Assembly: GCA_023247085.1 (NCBI GenBank)
Contig: JAHFHC010000002.1
Location: 24,395-88,394 of the forward strand
Source of the DNA: Candidatus Micrarchaeota archaeon
GTDB taxonomy: Archaea > Micrarchaeota > Micrarchaeia > Norongarragalinales > UBA8480
Length of the DNA stretch: 64,000 nt
Direction of reading: 5' to 3'
The notes under the pieces were generated by a model. It was not told the DNA's origin. It saw nothing but the letters and a program-made list of their open reading frames with translations, and did no database searches. Within the stretch, counting starts at the first letter, position 1. Every line of letters starts with the position of its first letter. Below, one piece after another: positions 1 to 8,527 of this stretch. The position numbers and the translations under genes were made by a program.

Positions 1-539
1 CTCGGTTTTTCTTCTTCTTTTTCTTCAAACAACAAAGATGGCGCGCCGTACAATCCAGTTAACAAAATTAGCAAACCGTTATTCAAATTTTTACTAAGTA
101 TGATTATTCCAGCTGCACCTGAGAGCATAACGATTAGAATTGCGTATTTGTTTTTTTGAGTTGATAGGAACCACAACAACACGCCAGCTACAGCAACTGG
201 CGCTACATCTCTAATAATTGGGTAAATCGGTGGAGCGATAATTGAAAATATTGGGAATAGTGCTAATGCAACTAGCATTCCAGCAACGCAGTTGAACAGA
301 ATCAATTCTAGGTTTGTGATGCGCTTGAAGCTATTAATGGCAATTGCAATATCTGCGCCTGTTAGCCCGCGTGTTGCTGCTAGTAATTCTAAAGGAAGCC
401 TTGCGAACACAAGGGATACAATGAAAAACGAGCTATTTGTATAATTGAATTTAGTTAGTATTTCAATAATTGTATTTACATGTACAAATGGAATTAGCCC
501 GCTTAAACCAAGTGCGCTTCCAATTATTATGTCACTCAA
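1..539 (-). CDS. Hypothetical multi-pass integral membrane protein. It runs off the window start, so the C-terminus is missing.
   Basis: Minus-strand frame open to position 1. Translation IIIGSALGLSGLIPFVHVN...VAGVLLWFLST...GAAGIIILSKNL is rich in TM helices. No in-frame ATG; a TTG near 539 is the likely start. Absent from the ORF track because it is truncated. Confidence 0.35.
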   Translation of the reverse strand, partial: MSDIIIGSALGLSGLIPFVHVNTIIEILTKFNYTNSSFFIVSLVFARLPLELLAATRGLTGADIAIAINSFKRITNLELILFNCVAGMLVALALFPIFSIIAPPIYPIIRDVAPVAVAGVLLWFLSTQKNKYAILIVMLSGAAGIIILSKNLNNGLLILLTGLYGAPSLLFEEKEEEKP

Positions 540-807
540 TTCGTTTAACAAATAAAGTATTTCGTCCTCCTTTTCTTTCAAAATAGCCAGTTACAATAAC
601 TTGTCCCGTGTGTCTCTTTCCGCCGATTACGTTGATACATGTGCTATCGGCTTTATCACATAGCGTGCCATTAGAGATTCTTCCAGTTGTTGTCACTAAG
701 CCCGTTTGGCCGTTTATGTTTTTTAGTGAGACAAAAGGTTGTTTTGCTGGCAAAAAGTAGGTGATTGTTAGCATGGTAATTACAACAAGGAGCAAAACAA
801 GGCGCAT
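532..807 (-). CDS. Small secreted or membrane-anchored Cys-containing protein (hypothetical)
   Basis: 91-aa ORF with an N-terminal hydrophobic signal-like segment (MRLVLLLVVITMLTITYF) and Cys residues (CDKADSTC). No recognisable family. Confidence 0.3.
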   Translation of the reverse strand: MRLVLLLVVITMLTITYFLPAKQPFVSLKNINGQTGLVTTTGRISNGTLCDKADSTCINVIGGKRHTGQVIVTGYFERKGGRNTLFVKRIE

Positions 808-943
808 ATGCAGTTAACCGAAAACTCATTCTACTGAATGTACGCTCTAAAAATAATAGGGTTAAAAAAAGGAACAAACAGAAAAGGTGCCGAATGTTCA
901 TTTTTTGTCTGGAGTTAGTTTATAGGTTTGCCCGCCTGTTTGG

Positions 944-952
944 TTATAAAAA
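944..952 (+). promoter_or_regulatory. TATA box (TTATAAAAA) about 26 nt upstream of the nurA ATG; implies a leaderless transcript
   Basis: AT-rich TTATAAAAA motif at the archaeal TATA distance from the start codon at 974. Confidence 0.35.
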
Positions 953-973
953 ACTACTCGCCGTAATATCTTA

Positions 974-2029
974 ATGCACTGGTCTTCTAATTCAATTGCG
1001 CGCATTTTAACCAGCATAGGTGAGTTGAAAAAACGCTGTTCAGTACAATGCGATAACTTGAAAAAAGATTCGCTAAACGATGTACCGATAGTTACGAATA
1101 TAGAAAAAACCCAGGCAAATAGCACTTTGGCTGCTGTTGATTCTGGTTTTTCAACCAAACAATTTTTGTCAATGGACGTGATGCTTCTACGCAGCGTGTC
1201 AACCATATTTGCTTATGAAAATGGCAAACTGACTTCAACTGATTATTTTCCAAACAGAGTGCCTGGCATCTCAATTCACTATGGCGTGTTTTCCGATCAA
1301 AGTGAGTCCACTTGTTTTAAATCCCTCACTAGGCTAAATGCAGAAATGTCCTGTGCAGTACAAACTGTAAATGTTTTCAAGCCCTCAATGATTTTAATAG
1401 ACGGTAGCTTGCTTCCGTTGCCAAGCGATAAACCGCCAGAAAACACTTCACTATCTCTACTTTATAGTGAAACAATTGCCCTTTATTCAAATTTGTTTAA
1501 AGTGTGTGCGGAAAATAACTGCGAGTTGGTTGGCGTTTGTAAAGATTCGCGCAGCCAACGGTTATGCAATTTGCTTTCAGAGAACAACAAAGTAGATTTC
1601 CCAATTCCAAATGATGAATTTGTAACTGATTTGCTTCTAGACTCCTTTCAACGTACGTTATGTTTTCCTCACTCGAATGTAAATTCATTGGATAATAGTG
1701 GTGCAGTGGCAGATGTGCATTGGAGTAAATTAGTGAATTGTTTTTATATGAAAGCAGGTGATTCACTGCCATTCAGAGTAGAGTTCCTTTTACCAAATAC
1801 AAATAATGAAAAAGAAAATGATGGAAAAGAAAATTTAGAAAAAGCTGCTTCGCTTATTGCTTCTTCGCTTGCATCATTTTGCTCTCCGCAGTTTGGCTAC
1901 CCGTCTATACTTATAGAAGTTGACATGCGTGCCTCGCTTAAACCCGGAGAAATTTCCACGTTATTCGCTTCGCTTGAACACCAAGCAAACGCATTAATAT
2001 TACGTTCAAATTCAAGACCATTTAGATGA
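974..2029 (+). CDS. nurA: NurA 5'-3' nuclease
   Basis: 351 aa. NurA-like motifs AAVDSGFS and ILIDGSLLP (catalytic Asp motifs). Sits immediately upstream of a HerA-like ATPase. Confidence 0.6.
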   Translation: MHWSSNSIARILTSIGELKKRCSVQCDNLKKDSLNDVPIVTNIEKTQANSTLAAVDSGFSTKQFLSMDVMLLRSVSTIFAYENGKLTSTDYFPNRVPGISIHYGVFSDQSESTCFKSLTRLNAEMSCAVQTVNVFKPSMILIDGSLLPLPSDKPPENTSLSLLYSETIALYSNLFKVCAENNCELVGVCKDSRSQRLCNLLSENNKVDFPIPNDEFVTDLLLDSFQRTLCFPHSNVNSLDNSGAVADVHWSKLVNCFYMKAGDSLPFRVEFLLPNTNNEKENDGKENLEKAASLIASSLASFCSPQFGYPSILIEVDMRASLKPGEISTLFASLEHQANALILRSNSRPFR

Positions 2030-2050
2030 AGGAGTTGCTAAACATTCATT

Positions 2051-3565
2051 ATGCTAGGAACAATAATTTCAAATGAAGAAACGCCCTCTACAAAGGAGTT
2101 TTGCTTTGTGCTTGGACCAGAACGCGTTGTGTCAATTGGCCAGCTAATTAAAGTGCGCTTGTCCCATTCGGCACAATCGGAAAACAACAAAGCTGGTGAA
2201 ATAGTAGCGATTGTAAAGCGAATCACGCGCCAAAACAGGTACTATGAATTTGCCGAGTCAATCTCTCAATATTCAAAAGAAGCCAAGAGCTTTGAAACAA
2301 GCTTTCCAGCAAGAGACTGGGAATATACAACTATCTTTTGTACTATACTTGGCAATTATGTTGAGGGTAATTTAACTCGCTGTGGGTTTCCGCCATCTCC
2401 AGGCGACGCAGTTTTCGATGTTGAACCTGAAGTAACAAAAAAAGTACTTGGAATAACCGACAATGGACTCCTTCTAGGCCACTTGCTTGCAAGTGATTTG
2501 CAGTGCACTGTTGACATTTCGCGTTTACTGCAAAAGCATTTAGCCGTGCTAGGAATGAGCGGGTCTGGCAAAAGCCATTTGGTTAATGTGATAATTGAAG
2601 AGTTGCTTAAACGTGACCCAAATACTGGCAGACTAGCGGTAATTGTGCTTGACCCTCATGGAGACTACGCTGGGTTTTCCCACCCTGCTTCACCTTTTCG
2701 CGAATCAACAATTGTTGTAAAAGGCGATGCAATTCAAATTTCAGCAGCTCATCTATCCGCTTCACTCTTGTCTGAACTAGTCCCTTCGCTAACCGCAGCT
2801 GCAAGAAGAGAATATAGCAAATTATTTGCAAAAGTAAAAGAAGCTTGTGCAAATGAAGGAAAGCCTATTACGCTAGACGAATTGATAACTGCTAGTTATG
2901 AATCAACTAAAACAAACTTGTCAGATGTACTTGATGAAGTTAGCCAATTGAAACTATTTGGCGCATTTGACTCGCCTGGAGTTAACATAGTAAAGCCGGG
3001 CAAACTAGTTGTATTTGACTTATCTAACCTAAACAATCGCGCTAAACAAGTAGTAGCGTGGTTCTTTGGCAGAAAACTATTCAACCAACGCCGTCAAGGC
3101 AATACCCCTCCTTTTGTACTTGTAGTTGAAGAAGCACATTTATTTGCCCGCGAAAAAGCAAAAAGCGAAAACTCAATTTCTAAACCAGTAATCGAGTCAA
3201 TTGCACGCGAAGGACGCAAATTTGGAGCTTGCTTATGCCTAGTTTCACAAAGACCAGTGCAATTAAGCACAACTGCCTTATCGCAGTGCAATAGCTTCAT
3301 AGTAATGCGCGTTACTAATCCGTACGATTTACAACACATTGGCGAAAGCTGTGAAGGAATTGACAAAAATAGCTTAGATGCAATTACAACTCTTCGTCCA
3401 GGCGAAGGTATAGTTATAGGCGAAGCAACTAACTTTCCCACGTTTGTCAAAATCCGGCCAAAATCCACACTCGGCGCATCCAGCGTAAAGTTAGAGGATC
3501 TTGCCAAAGAATTTGAGTCAAAAACAGTTGAACTTAAACCAAGTGACGTGGACGCATTTCTATGA
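2051..3565 (+). CDS. herA: HerA hexameric DNA helicase/translocase
   Basis: 504 aa. Walker A (LGMSGSGKSHLV) and Walker B (VLVVEEAHLF). The size and the NurA neighbour are typical of the archaeal HerA-NurA end-resection module. Confidence 0.75.
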   Translation: MLGTIISNEETPSTKEFCFVLGPERVVSIGQLIKVRLSHSAQSENNKAGEIVAIVKRITRQNRYYEFAESISQYSKEAKSFETSFPARDWEYTTIFCTILGNYVEGNLTRCGFPPSPGDAVFDVEPEVTKKVLGITDNGLLLGHLLASDLQCTVDISRLLQKHLAVLGMSGSGKSHLVNVIIEELLKRDPNTGRLAVIVLDPHGDYAGFSHPASPFRESTIVVKGDAIQISAAHLSASLLSELVPSLTAAARREYSKLFAKVKEACANEGKPITLDELITASYESTKTNLSDVLDEVSQLKLFGAFDSPGVNIVKPGKLVVFDLSNLNNRAKQVVAWFFGRKLFNQRRQGNTPPFVLVVEEAHLFAREKAKSENSISKPVIESIAREGRKFGACLCLVSQRPVQLSTTALSQCNSFIVMRVTNPYDLQHIGESCEGIDKNSLDAITTLRPGEGIVIGEATNFPTFVKIRPKSTLGASSVKLEDLAKEFESKTVELKPSDVDAFL

Positions 3566-3927
3566 CTGAATTCAAAACCCAAAACCAGTTAAATTCACGC
3601 GAATCAAAAAAAGAAATAAGCGCACCAAACAGCAATGACTTGTCATTCGAACAATTCCAAACCCCTACAGAAGTAATCATAATTGCCTATTTACCAAGCA
3701 TTGTAAAAGAAGAAGTTAAACTAGAAGGAAACAGTGAGTCAATCACGCTGAAAATAGTCGGCCCATCTGACTCACGGCAACTAGCTAGAATGGGCTACTA
3801 CAGTCACGAAGTCACCCGCCTCTACGGATTCTCTAAAACCTTCCACTTCACAACGCCAGTTGACCAAACAAGAACAAAAGCAACGTTCAAACACAACGTA
3901 ATGGAAATAAGAATACCAAAAAAGTGA
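3562..3927 (+). CDS. Hsp20/alpha-crystallin-domain small protein
   Basis: 121 aa. The C-terminal pattern ...RLYGFSKTFHFTTPVDQTRTKATFKHNVMEIRIPKK matches the Hsp20 ACD consensus (ER.YG.F.R.F.LP..VD...A.F.NGVLEI.IPK). Its start overlaps the herA stop (ATGA). Confidence 0.45.
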   Translation: MTEFKTQNQLNSRESKKEISAPNSNDLSFEQFQTPTEVIIIAYLPSIVKEEVKLEGNSESITLKIVGPSDSRQLARMGYYSHEVTRLYGFSKTFHFTTPVDQTRTKATFKHNVMEIRIPKK

Positions 3928-3949
3928 AAACAAAAAAGAAGCAACAAAC

Positions 3950-4759
3950 TTATAATTTGGCTCTGTATCTTCCGGGGACAACGTGTTTTAGAAACGTTTG
4001 TTGTGCTTTTGCTAGTGCAGTTTGGTATTTAGTTTTTGGAATCAAGTGCACGTTGCCCTTTCGGTCAACAATTAGAAACGGGTGCGTCTCACGCGCATGC
4101 GCCACGCTGATTGTGTTTCGCCAATCTAAAAATGCAGTCTTTCCCTTTTTAATAATCCTCCCAGTTGCTTCTCGAACTGCAGGTGAACCAGCTTTATACT
4201 GGGCAGCCATAGCGCTCGCTGAAGGTAAAGTCGCTAATGCAGCTCCCAATGGCATACCTTTTTCAATTGATTTAAAAGCAAATGGACCAAATGTTCCACC
4301 TATAATCGCAGCCACTGGCATTGAAACCGCAACCTCAAATGGCAACATGCCGGTTATTCGCTTTTGCCTTGCAGCTAGTAATTCGTTTACTTTTTGCTTT
4401 ACTTCTGAATGTAAATCTTCGTGTTTTATTACTAAACGCTTTGCTTCAAGCGGCGCGCTAAGCACTAAGTTAACTGCATACATTAAATGGTCAAACGCTG
4501 CGTCACCCGAAACGCCCTTGGCAATTTCATTCGCTAGAGTTAAATGTGGCTTCATTCGCTCAGCAGTTGTTTGTTTTAACAAATCACCGAGAGCCTTTAA
4601 TTTCTTATCAGTGATTTTGCCTTCATTGCGTGCAGTGTGAAGCGCAACTTGTAAATCTTTATGAAGCCAGCCATATCGTGGCATTCCAATTGCTTTCAAA
4701 TGAGCTTCAGCAGCAGCTCTTTGCGTTTCTCGATTAACTTTCCCTTCATTTACAGTCAT
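3950..4759 (-). CDS. Hypothetical protein. Its N-terminal motif A-I-G-M-PRYGWL resembles the KK-I-PRYGFL N-domain of the paralog pair at 24342-26749.
   Basis: 269-aa ORF of uniform coding quality. Central Gly/Ala-rich hydrophobic segment (MPVAAIIGGTFGPFAF). No family recognised. Confidence 0.45.
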   Translation of the reverse strand: MTVNEGKVNRETQRAAAEAHLKAIGMPRYGWLHKDLQVALHTARNEGKITDKKLKALGDLLKQTTAERMKPHLTLANEIAKGVSGDAAFDHLMYAVNLVLSAPLEAKRLVIKHEDLHSEVKQKVNELLAARQKRITGMLPFEVAVSMPVAAIIGGTFGPFAFKSIEKGMPLGAALATLPSASAMAAQYKAGSPAVREATGRIIKKGKTAFLDWRNTISVAHARETHPFLIVDRKGNVHLIPKTKYQTALAKAQQTFLKHVVPGRYRAKL

Positions 4760-4878
4760 AAAAACAATTAACTCAACAACTCTTTTATAGCTGACGGTGC
4801 TTCGCTAAATAACAAAATAAAAAAGAAGAAGGAAAAGAAAAAATTTAAAAAAAATAAAAAATGAAGAGAAGTTTATGT

Positions 4879-5253
4879 TTAACTTGCGTGTTTTTCAGCA
4901 AGTGTGCCAACAACTGGCATTAACACTTTTTCTCCTTTGTATGCCTTGTAGCCAACGTATAATGAATATACCCACATTGCTAACCACAATAATGGAACTA
5001 CCGCTAGCCACATTAATGCGCCTAAGAATGAGAGTGCGCCAAATACTAATCCAAGCACCATAACCACTACCCAAGATAATACCCAGTATAGTACCGCTTG
5101 TAAACCGTGAAATTTAGCTGTTAAATCTTCTTTTTGAGTTAGAAACACAAACAATCCTACTATTGGAATTGGATAAGATAACGCCGAGAGCAGCGCATTG
5201 TCTGACTTTGTTGCCATTTTTTTATTACCACCTTTTGAACCTTTCTTTGCCAT
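4879..5253 (-). CDS. Small membrane protein, DUF4870-like
   Basis: 124 aa, basic N-terminus followed by 3-4 TM helices. SALSYPIPIVGLFVFL...KFHGLQAVLYW resembles the DUF4870 signature. Confidence 0.45.
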   Translation of the reverse strand: MAKKGSKGGNKKMATKSDNALLSALSYPIPIVGLFVFLTQKEDLTAKFHGLQAVLYWVLSWVVVMVLGLVFGALSFLGALMWLAVVPLLWLAMWVYSLYVGYKAYKGEKVLMPVVGTLAEKHAS

Positions 5254-5350
5254 TTATTACACCTATTTATTTACCTCTACAGAGGCTAGACAATATCACT
5301 CGTACAGCATATATAAAACCCAGACATGCTGAGGAACTATAAAATACGCC

Positions 5351-5665
5351 TTAGCTTTTTTCTGGCGGTTGCATGTTTGCGTTTAACACTTTGCGGTGTT
5401 CTTCAGAATAAATCTTTACAATTTTGAATTTGCCAATAGTTTTTTCTTCTAAGGGCAGTATCGTAAGTTCTGTAACTTGCGCTTCTCCGCGATAATCCCA
5501 AGTTCCTTTTTGATTATGCGCCAAAAATACTCGTCCAGGCGGTAAACGGTACAATCTTCGCCCATCTTTTTTAAACCAATATTCTTTGTTGATAATAAGC
5601 TCTTTTGGAAAACCTTGTTCAGTTGTAATCTGTAACGTGTCGTTTATGATTAATGGGCTGCCCAT
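5351..5665 (-). CDS. hypothetical protein
   Basis: 104-aa ORF with no recognisable motifs. Confidence 0.3.
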   Translation of the reverse strand: MGSPLIINDTLQITTEQGFPKELIINKEYWFKKDGRRLYRLPPGRVFLAHNQKGTWDYRGEAQVTELTILPLEEKTIGKFKIVKIYSEEHRKVLNANMQPPEKS

Positions 5666-5751
5666 ACAACACTTAAATAGTTTTAGATTTTTAAAGCGTT
5701 TCTTTTTCGCTGTATGCTTGACGTGTTCTTAGGTTTTAACGCAGTGCAAGC

Positions 5752-6447
5752 TTAGCTAGTTCGTTTTATTGTGATTTCGTCTTGTGGCGTTTCTAGTTTT
5801 AGATTTTCTATTATTTTTTCAGCCACTATTGACGGTTGCATGTATTTGTCGAAATCAGTTGGTATCTCTTCGTCGAAGAAATTAGTATGCATTCCGCCTG
5901 GAAAAACCGCTATTACTTTTATGTTGAATGGGGCGGTTTCTTGTCTGATGGACTGTGTAAAGCCCACAAGTGCAAATTTACTAGCAGAGTACGCCGCAAG
6001 GTTTGCTCTTCCAGTAAGGGCGGCGGTTGACAATATATTTATCACAGCACCACTTTTTTGCTTTTTCATATGTTTTAGTGCCGTTCGTGTACCGTTCATA
6101 GTTCCAAAGACATTAGTTTCAAACATGTCTCTTACTCGGCTCATGTCGTTTTCTTCTATTACTCGGTGAGGTATGCGGACGCCTGCGTTGTTGATCCAGA
6201 TATCGACTACTCCGAATTTTTTAACTGCTAAATCGCCGAGTGCTTCAACGTCTTTTTTATTTGCTACATTCGTTTTAAGCGCAACTGCGCCAGTAGCTTC
6301 GGCTATTTGTTTTAGTCCGGATTCATTTCTTGAACCAATAACGAGTTTGGCTCCTTCTTTGGCAAATAGTTTTGAAAGCTCAGCTCCCAGTCCTTTACTT
6401 GCGCCAGTAATTACAACTACTTTTCCATTAAGTTCCATTTGGATCAA
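5752..6447 (-). CDS. Short-chain dehydrogenase/reductase (SDR) family oxidoreductase
   Basis: 231 aa. N-terminal TGASKGLG Rossmann motif, NNAG, and the catalytic YSASK (YxxxK) motif. Confidence 0.85.
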   Translation of the reverse strand: MIQMELNGKVVVITGASKGLGAELSKLFAKEGAKLVIGSRNESGLKQIAEATGAVALKTNVANKKDVEALGDLAVKKFGVVDIWINNAGVRIPHRVIEENDMSRVRDMFETNVFGTMNGTRTALKHMKKQKSGAVINILSTAALTGRANLAAYSASKFALVGFTQSIRQETAPFNIKVIAVFPGGMHTNFFDEEIPTDFDKYMQPSIVAEKIIENLKLETPQDEITIKRTS

Positions 6448-6477
6448 TTTGCTTTAGTGTTTTCTTTTGTGGCTAAC

Positions 6478-6707
6478 GGGGCTACGGGGATTTTCACGAA
6501 ACCCTTTTCTTTTTCGCGAAAAAGAAAAGTCTTTCAACCCCAAAGAAAAAGGCGTTTGCCTCTTCTTTTGGGAGTGAAGGACCTTTTCTTTCGAAGAAAA
6601 GGGCTTTCATTTGAACCCCGATCCTTAGCTGTCTACACTCATCTTGCAGTCGTGTGACCGCGGATGTTCCGCAAGCTAATGTTCTATCCAGGTTATACTA
6701 TAGCCCC
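6478..6707. repeat. Palindromic structured element, copy 1 (terminal inverted repeat GGGGCTA...TAGCCCC; internal CTTTTCTTT/AAAGAAAAG hairpins)
   Basis: Several perfect or near-perfect hairpins, e.g. cttttctttttcgcgaaaaagaaaag and ccttttctttcgaagaaaagg. The termini are reverse complements of each other. Homologous in inverted orientation to 58036-58244 (shared gaaacccttttcttt...aaagaaaag.ctttca). Confidence 0.5.
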
Positions 6708-6884
6708 AAGAAGATTCTTGTTAGTTTTACGTTGTTTTTAGTGTGCTGGCCGCGTGGCGCGTTATTTATTGTGATTGGAAATGTATAAAAGCTTCTTTTG
6801 TCCCTACTTCTCTGCTTTTATCTAGTGCTTTATGAGTGCTTTTTATAAAAGCAATTGATAAATTAGAGGTTTGAAAATTAATTT

Positions 6885-7040
6885 ATGACTATTTGCATGA
6901 CTTGTGGACGCGAAACAGACAAATACGCGGTTTTAAACTGCCCAAATAAAGAATGCCAAGCTAAAATTATTCGCTGTGCTCCTTGCAGGGCTAATGAAAA
7001 TAAGTACGTTTGTGCATCTTGTGCCTTTTCAGGTCCATGA
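6885..7040 (+). CDS. Small zinc-ribbon protein (51 aa, four CxxC-type pairs)
   Basis: Translation MTICMTCGRETDKYAVLNCPNKECQAKIIRCAPCRANENKYVCASCAFSGP. TATA-like TTTATAAAA at about 6843-6851 and GAGGT upstream. The stop overlaps the ribL start (ATGA). Below the ORF-track size cutoff. Confidence 0.45.
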   Translation: MTICMTCGRETDKYAVLNCPNKECQAKIIRCAPCRANENKYVCASCAFSGP

Positions 7041-7465
7041 GCGAACCAAGACTCGTAATGGTATTTGGCACATTTGATTTCCTACACTTGGGGCACGTTT
7101 ATACTTTTCAACAAGCTAAAGCGCTAGGCGACAAGCTCGTTGTAGTGATAAGTCGGGATTCCAGCGTTGAGAAAATAAAAGGCAAATCTCCTTTTTTCTC
7201 TCAAATGGAACGCAAGCAACTAGTTGAATCACTAAAAACAGTAGACGAAGCAGTAATCGGTGATGAAGCGGATTTTTTTGTGCCAGTGCGCGCCTATAAG
7301 CCAGATGTAATTGCGCTTGGCTACGACCAACAAGTAATGTCCGAAACCGACATCCGGCAAAAACTCAATGCAATCGGCCTAACAAAAACCGAAATCGTCA
7401 GGCTAAAGCCATTTCAACACGATAAACACAAGAGTTCAAGTTTAAAAAAATTCTACGGAGTTTGA
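7037..7465 (+). CDS. ribL: FAD synthetase / FMN adenylyltransferase (archaeal RibL, cytidylyltransferase family)
   Basis: MVFGTFDFLHLGHVYTFQQAKALGDKLVVVISRD carries the (H/T)xGH nucleotidyltransferase motif. About 143 aa, typical of archaeal RibL. Start reassigned to the ATG at 7037, inside the longer ORF-track call. Confidence 0.7.
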   Translation: MSEPRLVMVFGTFDFLHLGHVYTFQQAKALGDKLVVVISRDSSVEKIKGKSPFFSQMERKQLVESLKTVDEAVIGDEADFFVPVRAYKPDVIALGYDQQVMSETDIRQKLNAIGLTKTEIVRLKPFQHDKHKSSSLKKFYGV

Positions 7466-7719
7466 TAACTAAAATGGGAAAAGTACTAACTTTATTGAGA
7501 GTCTCAAGCGAAGAAGGCCAAAATTTAAACGAGTTACTTGAAAAACTAAAACAAGTAAGTGGCTATAACACTGGCAAAATCGAAGACTACGTTTTTGGTT
7601 CCAAAATAATCAAAATCTCCTACGTGTGCGAAGATAAAGACGCCGTTGACTTCGAATCAGTTGTAAGCCAAGTACCCGGTGTAGGCGAAGTAAACGTAGA
7701 AGAAGTTGGGCTAATCTGA
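7462..7719 (+). CDS. Translation elongation factor aEF-1 beta
   Basis: About 85 aa. The pattern MGKVLTLLRV...KIISYVCEDKDAVDFESVV...VEEVGLI fits the aEF-1beta family in length and layout. Confidence 0.65.
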   Translation: MITKMGKVLTLLRVSSEEGQNLNELLEKLKQVSGYNTGKIEDYVFGSKIIKISYVCEDKDAVDFESVVSQVPGVGEVNVEEVGLI

Positions 7720-8115
7720 AGATTGCGAGAAGTCTATCTTTTTGAGATTTGGGACGCGGTCAAACGCGTTGTCTGTGCTTATTATTGCGTCGAACTTTTT
7801 AGCATGAATTGCGTGAATTGCATCGGTCGGCGAAAGTGAATACGCTTCTGCTAAAGACACTGCCTCGATTAATGTTTCAGGTTCAAGCGAAATTACTTCA
7901 TCTACTATTTCTTCTACATATCTTACTGCTTCCAGCGTCTTTTCTTTTAAGTTATTGCGATTGAGATAATGCCAGATCTCCAATAACGTTGCAGTTGAGG
8001 TAAAGAACTCGTGTTTACCTGTATTATCTTTGAGGAACTTCTGCGCGCTCAGCTTTAAGTGATCCTTATCTTTGAATCCAGCTAGGAAAATATCAGTGTC
8101 CAAATAAAATTTCAT
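7711..8115 (-). CDS. vapC: PIN-domain toxin (VapC-like)
   Basis: 134 aa. MKFYLDTDIF acidic PIN motif, with further conserved Asp residues (SPTDAIH, TDNAF). Overlaps the upstream AbrB-like gene by 4 nt. Confidence 0.65.
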   Translation of the reverse strand: MKFYLDTDIFLAGFKDKDHLKLSAQKFLKDNTGKHEFFTSTATLLEIWHYLNRNNLKEKTLEAVRYVEEIVDEVISLEPETLIEAVSLAEAYSLSPTDAIHAIHAKKFDAIISTDNAFDRVPNLKKIDFSQSSD

Positions 8116-8372
8116 ATATTGTCCACAAATTCTTTTCTAGCTTCTTCTTTCATTTGGCGCAGTGTCTTCTTATCTGATCCAGGAACGACTATTGAAAATA
8201 AGCCCTTTATCGGGTCTACATTCCTATGCACCGGTTTAAGCGTTATTTTGTTACCCTGTGCCTCTATTAGCACTTCTGTATTCGCCCCGATTCCCACTTC
8301 GTCCCTAACTTTTCTTTCTAGTTGCAGTCTTCCCTTTTCATCAATATTCCCAAAAACGTACATTAATCCCAC
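8112..8372 (-). CDS. vapB: AbrB/SpoVT-family antitoxin (VapB-like)
   Basis: 86 aa. EKGRLQLERKVRDEVGI is a swapped-hairpin AbrB-type DNA-binding motif. Translationally coupled to the PIN gene. Confidence 0.6.
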   Translation of the reverse strand: MGLMYVFGNIDEKGRLQLERKVRDEVGIGANTEVLIEAQGNKITLKPVHRNVDPIKGLFSIVVPGSDKKTLRQMKEEARKEFVDNI

Positions 8373-8527
8373 CTTTCAGTTATTTTCCCACTTTTTATTA
8401 GAAATCCCACTATTTAAAAGCTTTCCCGCTGGCGGAAGGTTGTGGTGCTTTTTCGCTTGGTTTAAGCCCCAAGTATATGCCCCGAGCTTCGCAACCTTTA
8501 AGCGGTTTTCTTCTCCTTATTTTTTAA

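Noticed and set aside
898-1206. 102-aa minus-strand ORF
   Set aside because: Overlaps the nurA start and promoter on the opposite strand; no motifs; nurA is well supported.
3924-4640. 238-aa plus-strand ORF
   Set aside because: Lies entirely antisense to the better-supported 269-aa minus-strand gene; no motifs; typical shadow ORF.
6439-6657. 72-aa ORF inside palindromic element copy 1
   Set aside because: The region is dominated by perfect hairpins and poly-pyrimidine/purine runs; the translation is Arg/Lys/Phe low-complexity; more likely non-coding.
6478-6707. Palindromic element as RNase P RNA or SRP RNA
   Set aside because: Searched by eye for CR-I/CR-IV/CR-V RNase P motifs (GGAAAGUCC, GGGUGAAA, ACAGAA..CGGCUUA) and SRP helix-8 features. 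None found, and it contains T5 runs atypical for stable archaeal ncRNAs.
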